This document shows, one piece after another, positions 20,101 through 28,841 of a stretch of DNA of 64,000 nt. The notes beneath the pieces were generated by a model. That model was not told where the DNA came from. It made no database searches and saw only the letters and a list, made by a program, of their open reading frames with translations. The stretch's first letter is position 1; the number at the start of each line of letters is the position of its first letter. A program made the position numbers and the translations under genes. Source of the stretch: an uncultured Lachnospiraceae bacterium (GTDB lineage: Bacteria; Bacillota; Clostridia; UBA1381); NCBI GenBank assembly GCA_964634635.1, contig CAZWMB010000001.1, positions 8,590 to 72,589 on the forward strand. The letters are read 5' to 3'.

Positions 20101-20683
20101 TTATGTCGCCTATCCTGATAAGATTTTCCTCCACGCCTCTGAGCTTACGCTCAGTTTCCTCGCGGCGATACTTATATTTTGATATACCCGCCGCCTCCTC
20201 GAATATACTGCGGCGATCCTCCGCCTTTGTGGACAATATCTGAGCCACGTTTCCCTGACCGATTATTGAATAGCCGTCACGGCCAAGACCGGTATCCATA
20301 AACAGCTCGTGAATATCCTTTAGGCGGCAGTCAGCGTTATTTATGCGGTATATACTTTCTCCGCTGCGGAAAAGCCTCCTTGTAACAACTACTTCGTCAA
20401 ATTCTATATCAAATATATGCTCCCTGTTGTCAAGCACAAGACTTACTTCGGCAAAATTAACCGGTCTGCGCGTTTCGGTACCTGAGAATATTACATCCTG
20501 CATATTCGCGCCTCTCAGAGATTTAGCGCTCATTTCACCGATTACCCAGCGTATCGCGTCGGAAATATTGCTCTTGCCGCTGCCGTTGGGACCTACAATA
20601 GCCGTTGAGCCGTCGTCAAAGTCAAGCACGGTTTTGTCCGCAAATGATTTAAAGCCCTGTATTTCAATTCGCTTTAACAGCAA
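17117..20683 (-). CDS. smc: Chromosome segregation protein SMC
   Basis: GPNGSGKSN, hinge GRATFLP, SGGEK signature, LDEIDAALD. Confidence 0.98.
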   Translation of the reverse strand: MLLKRIEIQGFKSFADKTVLDFDDGSTAIVGPNGSGKSNISDAIRWVIGEMSAKSLRGANMQDVIFSGTETRRPVNFAEVSLVLDNREHIFDIEFDEVVVTRRLFRSGESIYRINNADCRLKDIHELFMDTGLGRDGYSIIGQGNVAQILSTKAEDRRSIFEEAAGISKYKYRREETERKLRGVEENLIRIGDITSELEAQRAPLKKQSEKARKYLGLYSEYKELDVNLSLITIDKKRKNKAEADKLYKGVEDELSELRETGSETERKISLLYAQSESMDKELADKNLLLRESNEKAVENKNSIRIDENTIKNNNAMLCRIDAEIEDIRNKNTERGENIEKYKREIAQKQKTIDEILKKFDTASSEKEVITERKAVLEREIEELRGNAAKGLNEISSRKARIEGMEKLRGSFIERRSAIETEMNSFHEDVSDTRHNIEKCEGEIAEKTDKLNKVKAAVDRYNADLSRLTDSYNALTDKINALSVEFNSRTSKKKILEGMENDYAGYAKSVKTALKAGELKKLSIYGTVSGLIDVDKQYVTAIEMALGGAMQNIVVENEEDAKTAIEYLRRTNSGRATFLPVSSVRGRELENIREISSFDGFIGIASSLVKYDKRYDGIMKNLLGRVVVASDIENAIAMSRKFGYRFRVVTLEGDILNAGGSMSGGSVNKQSGFLSRAAEIKTLGSEINKLSSEIRERNADKERVAGDMRMTENQLSSYLPLVREYEDEILRLTNTKKHLEHLIESGNGTEQSLASELEQIEKRLSDSSEEMAELLQSLRTLEKTSAAARERVELLTAELDDITRESEEKAQNVMDKTMTLAALKKDIDIIQNTIANTKQEISGSEYEIASKENDRENIFRENDNLYTRINESRAASDSLQRQAEEIEKDIKETERKKGNIFNSMQTIRQSNKDLTDRLLALQQELSRLENRRSNLDTEIERITNRLWEDYELTYSSACEVKTGIDNEKSAFERLAELKSQIKSIGSVNMDAIEEYKSVEERFSFLSEQKEDLEKSRTELGGIITSMQELMEEHFEKRFKSINTSFGEVFKELFGGGRAELILSDPSDVLESGIEIEVQLPGKGRQNINLYSGGEKSFIAIALLFAILRVKPAPFCILDEIDAALDDVNVSRFATYLKNYIEQTQFIVITHRRGTMEAANILYGVTMQEKGVSKLLSLHIDDVDEDMVS

Positions 20684-20742
20684 GAACCCTCACCTCTCTT
20701 TTTTCTGAATTTTCATTGGGTTTGTATCAAGCTTTTTTATTT

Positions 20743-20872
20743 TTAAACATTTTCACGTCTGTTTCCCGCCGCCTTTGATACCTCGCCCGTTATACGTCTT
20801 TGAACGCGAAAAATACAGTCGAACGGGCGCCCCCCTGCGCGGAACAAATACAGGTATATTATATATTCTCAT
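20743..20872 (-). pseudogene. Remnant of the Elp3-like radical SAM gene usually found between rnc and smc in Clostridia
   Basis: MRIYNIPVFVPRRG, then after a +1 frameshift in a G-run RPFDCIFRVQRRITG; compare family motif IPxFxPHxGCPxxCxFCNQxxITG. Confidence 0.8.
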
Positions 20873-21551
20873 GATTACGCTCTTTCCTTACGCGCTCCAA
20901 AGCCTTCTGCGCCGCGTTCTGCTCTGCCTCTTTTTTGTTATGCCCCGAGCCGGTATTCTGCGGCACGCCGTCAAACATAACCTCAACAAGAAATTCCTTG
21001 TCGTGCTCAAGTCCGCTCTCCGAGATTGTCCTGTACGTAACCTTTCCCGTTGCTCCTCTTTGCATAGCCTCCTGAAGCATAGTCTTATAATCCGCGTATC
21101 CGTGTCCCGTTACAACGTCGTCTATCGAGTCTTTCATAAGTCCCAGAGTCCATTCGCGCGCCTTTTCAATACCTCCGTCAAGGTATATTGCCGCAAGCAG
21201 CGCCTCAAACGCATCCGAAACAATCGACGCCCTTTCACGTCCTCCTGTCATTTCCTCGCCCCTGCCGAGATATATAAGGGAGCTTAGAGATATTTTCTTT
21301 GAAACCTCATACAGCGACTGCTCGCATACAAGTGTGGCGCGGTACTTGGACAGCCATCCCTCCGCCGTGTTACTCATACGCTTGAAAATATAATCGCTTA
21401 TTATAACGCTCAGAACCGAGTCGCCAAGGAATTCGAGCCGCTCGTTGCTTTCCGTTCTGTATTCATTGGCGTAGGAGCTGTGGGTAAGCGCCGTTTTCAG
21501 CAGCTTTACATTATTAAATTTATATCCTATTTTGCTTTCCGCGTTTTTCAT
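20859..21551 (-). CDS. rnc: Ribonuclease III
   Basis: NERLEFLGDSVL signature, DAFEALLAAIYLDGG, C-terminal dsRBD. Confidence 0.98.
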   Translation of the reverse strand: MKNAESKIGYKFNNVKLLKTALTHSSYANEYRTESNERLEFLGDSVLSVIISDYIFKRMSNTAEGWLSKYRATLVCEQSLYEVSKKISLSSLIYLGRGEEMTGGRERASIVSDAFEALLAAIYLDGGIEKAREWTLGLMKDSIDDVVTGHGYADYKTMLQEAMQRGATGKVTYRTISESGLEHDKEFLVEVMFDGVPQNTGSGHNKKEAEQNAAQKALERVRKERNHENI

Positions 21552-21570
21552 TTCAAATCACAGCCTTTCC

Positions 21571-21654
21571 GTATTACATACAGATAAAATCCGTATGAGC
21601 CGCTGCAAGGAGCGCCGCGCGCGGCGCTCCTTGCAGCAATCCATATAATAATAC
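21571..21654 (-). promoter_or_regulatory. Structured rnc leader containing a 36-bp perfect palindrome (21602-21637)
   Basis: GCTGCAAGGAGCGCCGCG|CGCGGCGCTCCTTGCAGC with complementary flanks, ending next to the rnc RBS. Confidence 0.6.
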
Positions 21655-21706
21655 ATTAGAGGGCGCCGTTTACGGCATCCTCTGACGCAATGAATATTTA
21701 CAAAAG

Positions 21707-22945
21707 TCAATCCCCGTACTTTTTAAGTAAAACGGTGGCGTTATGTCCTCCGAAGCCGAGTGAATTGGACATAGCGTACCTAACCTCCTGTTCTCTGCCT
21801 TCATTCGGAACAATATCCAAATCGCAGTCGGGATCAGGGTTTTCATAATTGATTGTCGGAGGAATGTAACTATTCTTTATAGCGAGAGCGCATACAATTG
21901 TTTCAACGCCTCCGGCAGCGCCCAAAAGATGTCCTGTCATTGATTTTGTAGAGCTAACGGCAAGCTCTTTGGCATATTCTCCGAACACGCTCTTTATGGC
22001 CTGCGTCTCAAAATGGTCGTTATACTTTGTGGAAGTACCGTGAGCGTTAATGTATGTTATATCCTCGGGCTGCGCGCCGGCGTCTTGTATGGCAAGAGCC
22101 ATTGCCTTTGCTCCGCCCGCGCCGCCCGGTACAGGGCTTGTGATATGATACGCGTCGTCCGTAGCGCCGTATCCGGCAAGCTCGCAGTATATATGCGCGT
22201 CTCTTGCCTCGGCATGTTCAAGCTCCTCCAATACGACAAATCCCGCGCCTTCGCTTAGGACAAATCCGTCGCGCTCAGCGTCAAACGGTCTCGACGCGTG
22301 CAGCGGGTCGTCATTGCGTGTAGACATTGCCTTCATACTGCAAAATCCCGCGAACGCGAGAGCGTCTATGGCAGCCTCCGCGCCGCCCGCGATTATAACG
22401 TCGTTAGCGCCGTGCTGTATGTGACGCATGGCATCGCCGATAGCGTTTGTACCGGACGCGCAGGCTGTAACAATATTTTCATTTATACCTTTCGCGCCGA
22501 ATTTTATCGCAATCTGAGCCGCGCCCATATTCGCTATCATCATCGGAATGAAAAACGGGCTTACCCGTCCCGGTCCGCGTTCCAAAAGCGTCTTATGCTG
22601 TTCCTCAAGAGTTTTTATACCGCCGATACCGGAGCCTGTGATCACTCCTACCTTCCACGGATCCTCCTTTTCCATGTTAAGACCCGAATCCTCCACCGCC
22701 TCGCTTGCGGCTACAAGCGCAAGCTGTGCGTAACGGTCCATCTTACGGGCGTCCTTCTTATCAATAAAATCCGTAGGCTCAAAGTCCTTAACCTCACCCG
22801 CAATCCGCGTTTTAAATTCGGACGCGTCAAACTGCGTTACCCTGTCTATGCCGCATTTCCCTGACCGTATACTTTGCCAAAAGGTATCTATATTATTTCC
22901 GATAGGCGTTACGGCGCCCATACCGGTTATAACGACTCTTCTCAT
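21707..22945 (-). CDS. fabF: Beta-ketoacyl-ACP synthase II
   Basis: [35 protein letters not shown]. Confidence 0.97.
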   Translation of the reverse strand: MRRVVITGMGAVTPIGNNIDTFWQSIRSGKCGIDRVTQFDASEFKTRIAGEVKDFEPTDFIDKKDARKMDRYAQLALVAASEAVEDSGLNMEKEDPWKVGVITGSGIGGIKTLEEQHKTLLERGPGRVSPFFIPMMIANMGAAQIAIKFGAKGINENIVTACASGTNAIGDAMRHIQHGANDVIIAGGAEAAIDALAFAGFCSMKAMSTRNDDPLHASRPFDAERDGFVLSEGAGFVVLEELEHAEARDAHIYCELAGYGATDDAYHITSPVPGGAGGAKAMALAIQDAGAQPEDITYINAHGTSTKYNDHFETQAIKSVFGEYAKELAVSSTKSMTGHLLGAAGGVETIVCALAIKNSYIPPTINYENPDPDCDLDIVPNEGREQEVRYAMSNSLGFGGHNATVLLKKYGD

Positions 22946-23008
22946 TATGGTATGCCTCCTGTTTATTTTTTATATGTAAAATAAATATTGTGTTCTCAAA
23001 AAGTTTCA

Positions 23009-23042
23009 CCCCCTGCACCAAATCGTGATTTGATGCAAGGGT
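23009..23042 (-). terminator. Hairpin after acpP (terminator or stabiliser)
   Basis: CCCTTGCATCAAATC-AC-GATTTGGTGCAGGGG on the sense strand. Confidence 0.6.
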
Positions 23043-23054
23043 TACTCCTCTATC

Positions 23055-23285
23055 TTACGCATGACTCTTGATATATTCCACAGCGTCGCCTACTGTGCTG
23101 ATATTCTCAGCCTCCTCATCAGGGATTTCGATATCGAATTCCGTTTCCAAACCCATGATAAGCTCAACAACGTCCAAAGAGTCCGCGCCCAAATCATCAA
23201 CAAATGATGCCTCAGGTGTCACGTCAGCCTCGTCAACGCTTAACTGGTCAACAATGACGCTCTTTACTCTCTCAAATTCCTCCAT
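23055..23285 (-). CDS. acpP: Acyl carrier protein
   Basis: [12 protein letters not shown] phosphopantetheine attachment site. Confidence 0.97.
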   Translation of the reverse strand: MEEFERVKSVIVDQLSVDEADVTPEASFVDDLGADSLDVVELIMGLETEFDIEIPDEEAENISTVGDAVEYIKSHA

Positions 23286-23344
23286 TATCCTTTGCACCCC
23301 CTTTCAGCAGTGTAAATATATGTTAATATATATTCCGTTAGAAT

Positions 23345-23373
23345 ATTATATTACATAACAAGTCCGCCGTCAA
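23345..23373 (-). promoter_or_regulatory. Internal sigmaA promoter for acpP overlapping the fabG 3' end
   Basis: TTGACG-17-TATAAT. Confidence 0.7.
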
Positions 23374-24097
23374 CATTAATTACCTGACCCGTAACATATT
23401 TTGCCATGTCAGACGCTAAAAACGCAACAACGTCGGCAATATTTTCGGTTTCTCCGAATTTTCCGAGAGGAATAGCGTCAAGGTACTTTTTCTTAACCTC
23501 CTCCGACAGCACATCCGTCATTGCCGAGCGAATAAAGCCGGGCGCTACCGCGTTACATCGGACGCCGCGCTTGGCGAATTCCTTGGCGGTTGTTTTCGTA
23601 AGACCGATAAGTCCCGCCTTCGACGCAACATAGTTTGCCTGTCCGGGATTGCCCATAACTCCTACAATGGACGCGATATTCACAATAGAGCCGCTCCTCT
23701 GCTTCATCATCGGCTTCGCTACCGCCTTTATACAGTTAAACGCGCCCTTCAGGTTTATGTCCATTACAAGATCCCAGTCCTCCTCGGACATTCTTATCAT
23801 AAGACCGTCTCTTGTAATACCGGCGTTATTTACAAATATGTCAATTTTGCCGAATTTCTCCATGGCAGTGTCAATCAGCCCGACCACGTCGGCGCTGTTC
23901 CTTACGTCGCCCTTAACAACTATTGAGTCGGCGCCCGCAGCCTTGATTTCTTCACAAGTTTCGTCGGCGCAGTCAGACGACGGAATGTCGTTTATAACTA
24001 TATTCGCGCCGTACGAGGCGAGCTTTAAAGCTATTGACTTTCCAATTCCTCTTCCCGAGCCTGTAATTACAGCAACCTGTCCTTTTAACATCCGCAT
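23351..24097 (-). CDS. fabG: 3-oxoacyl-ACP reductase
   Basis: TGSGRGIG, NNAGITRD, YVASK. Confidence 0.97.
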   Translation of the reverse strand: MRMLKGQVAVITGSGRGIGKSIALKLASYGANIVINDIPSSDCADETCEEIKAAGADSIVVKGDVRNSADVVGLIDTAMEKFGKIDIFVNNAGITRDGLMIRMSEEDWDLVMDINLKGAFNCIKAVAKPMMKQRSGSIVNIASIVGVMGNPGQANYVASKAGLIGLTKTTAKEFAKRGVRCNAVAPGFIRSAMTDVLSEEVKKKYLDAIPLGKFGETENIADVVAFLASDMAKYVTGQVINVDGGLVM

Positions 24098-24115
24098 AAA
24101 TCCCCTTTCCGAATA

Positions 24116-25051
24116 TCAAGCGCCAAGACCCGCGAGAGTCTTTTCAAGCGACGCCATGTCCTCAACATTGTATATACTTACATCCTTTGTAACCTTTTTT
24201 ATAAATCCGCCAAGAGCCTTACCCGGTCCGACTTCAACAAAGGCGTCCACGCCGTCCGCGAGCATTCTCCTGATTGTGTCCTCCCACAAAACCGAATTTG
24301 AAACCTGCTTTACAAGAAGCGGTTTTATATCATCCTTTGACGCAATATAATCCGCGGTTACATTTGTGATTACCGGTATCCGCATATCCTTTACCTCAAC
24401 GCCCTCAAGCTCCTTTGCGAGCTTTTCTCCCGCGCCTTTAAGCAGCTCGCAGTGAAACGGCGCCGATACGGGCAGCGGCATTGCGCGTTTCGCGCCCATC
24501 TCCTTAGCAATCCCGCAACACTTCTCCACAGCCGCGGTCTCGCCGGAAACAACAATCTGTCCGGGGCAGTTAAAGTTCGCTCCCGTACATACTCCAACCT
24601 TTGACGCCTCCTTACAGCATTCCCTTACCTGCTCCGCTGTAAGCGCGATTATGGCGGCCATGGCTCCCTTGCCGACAGGAACCTCCTCCTGCATGTACTT
24701 GCCTCGTTTTTTAACAAGCCTTACGCCGTCCTTAAAATCCATTGAGCTGGAGGCTATGTGCGCCGTGTACTCGCCAAGACTGAGTCCCGCCACAACGTCC
24801 GGGCGTATTCCCTTTTCCTGAATTACACGCAACGCCGCAACGCTCATTGTTACAATTGCGGGCTGAGTATTTTCAGTAATCATGAGCGTTTCGCTGTCGC
24901 CGTTCCATATCATATCCTTTATGTCAAAGCCCAGCGCTTCGCTTGCTTCGTCAAACGTATTGTCAGCCGCAGGGAAATTCTCCGCAAGCTCTTTTCCCAT
25001 TCCTACCGTTTGCGCGCCCTGTCCGGCGAATACAAATGCCAATTTACCCAT
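24116..25051 (-). CDS. fabD: Malonyl-CoA:ACP transacylase
   Basis: FAGQGAQ, GLSLGEY, SAPFHC, EVGPG. Confidence 0.97.
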   Translation of the reverse strand: MGKLAFVFAGQGAQTVGMGKELAENFPAADNTFDEASEALGFDIKDMIWNGDSETLMITENTQPAIVTMSVAALRVIQEKGIRPDVVAGLSLGEYTAHIASSSMDFKDGVRLVKKRGKYMQEEVPVGKGAMAAIIALTAEQVRECCKEASKVGVCTGANFNCPGQIVVSGETAAVEKCCGIAKEMGAKRAMPLPVSAPFHCELLKGAGEKLAKELEGVEVKDMRIPVITNVTADYIASKDDIKPLLVKQVSNSVLWEDTIRRMLADGVDAFVEVGPGKALGGFIKKVTKDVSIYNVEDMASLEKTLAGLGA

Positions 25052-25060
25052 AATTATCTC

Positions 25061-26002
25061 CTATCTAAGTTTTTTGTTTATTGCTTCAATAACACTTTCC
25101 ATACCGTCAAAATAGCTCTTTATAATATCCGCGCACGGCTCTATTTTTCTGACCATGGCCGCAGACTGTCCCGCCATCAGCGAGCCTGTCCGCGTATCGC
25201 CCTGCTCAAACGCGCGTCTTAGTCCGCCGACGCCGAGCTGTTCAATTTCCTCGAATGACGCGCCTTCCTTTTCAAGTCTTTCATACTCGCGCGTAAGCTT
25301 ATTTTTAAGCGCTCTTACAGGCGCGCCGGTCGAGCGTCCGGTAACGACCGCGTCGCGATCCTTCGCCTTTATAATCGCCTGCTTGTAGTTGTCATGCGCT
25401 ATACATTCATCCGAGCATATAAATCTTGTTCCAACCTGTATTCCATCCGAGCCGAGCGCGAAAGCCGCCGCCGCGCCGCGGCTGTCCGCGATGCCTCCCG
25501 CCGCAACGACAGGTATTGAAACAGCGTCCGCGACCTGCGGTACAAGTACCATGGTCGTAAGCTCGCCTATATGTCCGCCCGCCTCTGTACCCTCGGCAAT
25601 AACAGCGTCCGCGCCGGCTTTTTCCATTTTCACAGCCATAGCGACGCTGGCAATTACCGGCATTACCTTTATGCCCGCCTCCTTCAGCGCGGGTATGTAT
25701 TTAGACGGATTACCCGCGCCGGTAGCAACAGCCGCCGGCTTTTCCTCAGCGATAACCCGCATAACATCCTCCGCAAACGGCGACATCATCATTACATTTA
25801 CACCGAATGGCCTATCCGTCAGTGTCTTAGCCTTCCTTATCTGCTCTCTTACCGCCTCCGCGGGAGCGTTGCCCGCCGCGATAAGACCGATACCCCCGCC
25901 GTTTGACACCGCCGCCGCCAGTTCCGCGGTGGCAACCCATGCCATACCGCCCTGAATAATCGGATACTCAATTCCAAGTAATTCGCATAATCTTGTTTTC
26001 AT
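25061..26002 (-). CDS. fabK: Enoyl-ACP reductase II
   Basis: YPIIQGGMAW, EAGGHIG, AAGGIAD. Confidence 0.95.
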   Translation of the reverse strand: MKTRLCELLGIEYPIIQGGMAWVATAELAAAVSNGGGIGLIAAGNAPAEAVREQIRKAKTLTDRPFGVNVMMMSPFAEDVMRVIAEEKPAAVATGAGNPSKYIPALKEAGIKVMPVIASVAMAVKMEKAGADAVIAEGTEAGGHIGELTTMVLVPQVADAVSIPVVAAGGIADSRGAAAAFALGSDGIQVGTRFICSDECIAHDNYKQAIIKAKDRDAVVTGRSTGAPVRALKNKLTREYERLEKEGASFEEIEQLGVGGLRRAFEQGDTRTGSLMAGQSAAMVRKIEPCADIIKSYFDGMESVIEAINKKLR

Positions 26003-26033
26003 TGCTTTTATCCCTCTCCATTAAAATTTTATT

Positions 26034-27011
26034 TTACCACTCCAACAGCGCCGCTCCCCATGTAAGTCCTCCTCCAAAGCCTACAAGCACAACCTTATCG
26101 CCCTTCCTTACTCTGCCTGCCTCCACAGCCTCGGCAAGCGCGACAGGTATGCACGACGCCGAAGTGTTGCCGTATTTTTCGAGGGTCAGATACACCTTAT
26201 CCTCGTTTACACCCATACGCTTCAGCGCGCTGTCAACAATTCTGTAATTTGCCTGGTGCGGTACGACAAGCGCTATATCGTCCCATGTTACGCCGGCCTT
26301 TTCAATCACCCGACGCGACGCGTCAGCCATAGCCTTTACGGCAAATTTCATAACGGCGGAGCCGGCCATCCATATAGTGTCCTTTCTTCCGCTTATTCTC
26401 TTTTCGGTTTCCCCCGCGTCGTCACGGTACGCGAGACTCGTTATAGCGCCGGCTCCGGTTCCATCCGCGCCGATGTCGGTTGAAATTATACCGGCCTCGT
26501 CGCTTGCCGAAACCAGCGCCGCGCCCGCCGCGTCGCCGAATAAAACGCAGGTCGCTCTGTCCTTGTAATCCACAGCCTTGCTGAGCGCGTCCGCGCAGAC
26601 AACAAGAATATTTTTATATGTTCCGTTCTGAATAAACTGCTTCGCGATTGTAAGTCCGGTTACAAAGCCCGAGCATGCCGCGTTGTAATCAAACGCCGCG
26701 GCGTTAACCGCGCCCAGCTCAGCCTGCACGACGCACGCGCACGAGGGCGTAAAATAATCGGGAGTAACCGTGCCGACCATAATCAAATCTATGTCTTCAG
26801 CGGTAACGCCGGAGTTATTCATCGCCTCCAGCGCCGCCTTCGCCGCCATATCCGTCGTGTATTCGTCATCGGCGGCTATATGTCTTTCCTTTATGCCTGT
26901 ACGTCTTGTTATCCACTCGTCGTTTGTGTCGACAATGCTTTCCATATAGGCGTTGTCGTATATCTTTTCCGGCACGTATCCGCCTATTCCGGTTATTTTC
27001 GCGTTAATCAT
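26034..27011 (-). CDS. fabH: Beta-ketoacyl-ACP synthase III
   Basis: AACSGF, PHQAN, YGNTSA, FGGGLTWG. Confidence 0.97.
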   Translation of the reverse strand: MINAKITGIGGYVPEKIYDNAYMESIVDTNDEWITRRTGIKERHIAADDEYTTDMAAKAALEAMNNSGVTAEDIDLIMVGTVTPDYFTPSCACVVQAELGAVNAAAFDYNAACSGFVTGLTIAKQFIQNGTYKNILVVCADALSKAVDYKDRATCVLFGDAAGAALVSASDEAGIISTDIGADGTGAGAITSLAYRDDAGETEKRISGRKDTIWMAGSAVMKFAVKAMADASRRVIEKAGVTWDDIALVVPHQANYRIVDSALKRMGVNEDKVYLTLEKYGNTSASCIPVALAEAVEAGRVRKGDKVVLVGFGGGLTWGAALLEW

Positions 27012-28011
27012 CCGTTTTATCCTCCATACTGTTTATGTTCTTTTCAATTTCACTGATTACATTTGTTTCCACAAACTTTTTAGCCTGTAATATAGCGGAA
27101 AATACCGCCTTACTGTCAGATGAGCCATGCCCCTTTATGACGGGACTCCTTGTACCGAGGAGCGGCGCTCCGCCGTATTCGCGGTAATCCATTGAATGAC
27201 GGAAGCTATTCAGACCTCTCATAACAAACAGCGCGCCGAGCTTTGTAAATATATTTCTGGTGAATATTGCCTTTACCTTATCCGATACGACATGTCCCAT
27301 ACCCTCGACGGTTTTCAGTACGACATTTCCGACAAATCCGTCGCAGGTCATAACGTCCGCATTACCCTCCATAACATCGCGGCCCTCGATATTACCTATA
27401 AAATTCAGAGGCGCGTTCTTCAGCATTGGATAGGTTTCCTTCGTAAGCCCGTCGCCCTTACCCTCCTCCTCGCCGTTGGATATAAGCCCGACAGCGGGAT
27501 TTTCCGTACCTAAAACGTTTTTCATATATATACTGCCCATAACGGCAAACTGTACAAGATTTTCGGGTTTACAGTTTGTATTCGCGCCGGCGTCTATAAG
27601 CATCTTCGGTCCCCTTGCCGACGGCAGAAGAGTCGCGAGCGCGGGACGCAGCACGCCCTTAACACGTCCGACTATAAGTAACCCCGACGCTAACAGCGCG
27701 CCGGTGTTTCCCATGGATAACATAGCGTCGCCGCAGCCGTTCTTCAGCATATTGGCGGCTACAACAACCGACGCGTTCTTTTTGCCGCGTACCGCCTTTA
27801 CAGGCTCCTCATGATTTGAAATAACCTCGCCGGCGTTTACAATACTTATTTTATCCGCCGGATAATCATAAGCCGCAAGCTCGCGCCGGATTACATCCTC
27901 CCGTCCGACAAGAGCTATTTCGATTTCAAGCTCCGCCGCGGCTCTCGCCGCCGCCTTTACAGGCGCGTGCGGCGCGTTGTCGCCGCCCATTGCGTCCACA
28001 ATAATTTTCAT
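27004..28011 (-). CDS. plsX: Phosphate acyltransferase PlsX
   Basis: DAMGGDNAP, GNTGA, DGFVGN, KGHGSS. Confidence 0.97.
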   Translation of the reverse strand: MKIIVDAMGGDNAPHAPVKAAARAAAELEIEIALVGREDVIRRELAAYDYPADKISIVNAGEVISNHEEPVKAVRGKKNASVVVAANMLKNGCGDAMLSMGNTGALLASGLLIVGRVKGVLRPALATLLPSARGPKMLIDAGANTNCKPENLVQFAVMGSIYMKNVLGTENPAVGLISNGEEEGKGDGLTKETYPMLKNAPLNFIGNIEGRDVMEGNADVMTCDGFVGNVVLKTVEGMGHVVSDKVKAIFTRNIFTKLGALFVMRGLNSFRHSMDYREYGGAPLLGTRSPVIKGHGSSDSKAVFSAILQAKKFVETNVISEIEKNINSMEDKTDD

Positions 28012-28030
28012 ATAAGCCTCCGATTGTCCG

Positions 28031-28576
28031 TCAGCCGCAGTCAGCGGCGAACAGACTGAATTTTCCTCTGAAAACCTCGTGCATGTTAGCTTTTATGACC
28101 ACACGCACAATACATCCATTTTCCCTCACTCTGATTACGTCAGATTTTGCAACAAGACTTTCTCCCGCGTGAGCCTCGTGCGTGTACTTCACATTGGCGA
28201 CTTTTACAAGCGCCGCCTTTGCGTTTATTACACTTATAGCGAGGTTTTCCGCAAACGCGTAAATATACTGTCCCTTTACTATATTTGTTCCTTCAAACGC
28301 CATTGACATGTCCGTTTTCAGTACAGATATTCCATCTTGAAACAAATTGAGATCAAGTACCTCGCCCGCGGCGTCCGTACTGTTTCTGATTTCCTGAGCC
28401 GCGGATTTGACACGCTCACGATATTCGGCTATGCCAAGCTCCGCTCTGTCAAAACGTATGGTTGAAACACTCACATGACATACCTCGGCAAGTTCTTCGT
28501 CCTTTAAGAACGGGTTCTGCTCTATCTTTTTAAGCAAAAACTCCTGCCGCTGCTTTTTCAGCGCTGTCCTCGTCAT
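28031..28576 (-). CDS. fapR: Fatty acid biosynthesis repressor FapR
   Basis: NPFLKDEELA..VSVSTIRFDRAELGI HTH plus hot-dog domain; first gene before plsX. Confidence 0.92.
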   Translation of the reverse strand: MTRTALKKQRQEFLLKKIEQNPFLKDEELAEVCHVSVSTIRFDRAELGIAEYRERVKSAAQEIRNSTDAAGEVLDLNLFQDGISVLKTDMSMAFEGTNIVKGQYIYAFAENLAISVINAKAALVKVANVKYTHEAHAGESLVAKSDVIRVRENGCIVRVVIKANMHEVFRGKFSLFAADCG

Positions 28577-28619
28577 TTACGAGCGCTCCTTTCCGTTTCT
28601 ATTGTTTTGTCAATTATTA

Positions 28620-28636
28620 TTAGTATCTGGTACTAA
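28620..28636. promoter_or_regulatory. FapR operator
   Basis: TTAGTA-TCTGG-TACTAA matches the B. subtilis FapR 17-bp inverted repeat. Confidence 0.85.
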
Positions 28637-28652
28637 ATCAACAACCGATAAA

Positions 28653-28681
28653 ATTATATACTATTGTTTATTCCATTGCAA
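28653..28681 (-). promoter_or_regulatory. sigmaA promoter of the fapR-plsX-fab operon
   Basis: TTGCAA-17-TATAAT just upstream of the FapR operator. Confidence 0.75.
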
Positions 28682-28841
28682 TATTTTATTTAAAAATATT
28701 GCAAACCTTGTTAAATATGTTCAAAAATCAAGCGCTGTTTATGGTAACTTTTACTCTCAATACACAAAATATGGTGTATGACAGTCAATTTATAACCAAC
28801 TATCAACACCATATTGTATCTTATTTCATCTTTATTCGTCT

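Noticed and set aside
17234-20708. Numerous antisense ORFs within smc and other housekeeping genes
   Set aside because: Typical reverse-frame shadows of biased coding sequence, lacking RBS and motifs
21602-21637. Intrinsic terminator upstream of rnc
   Set aside because: No U-tract on either side; treated instead as a leader or processing structure
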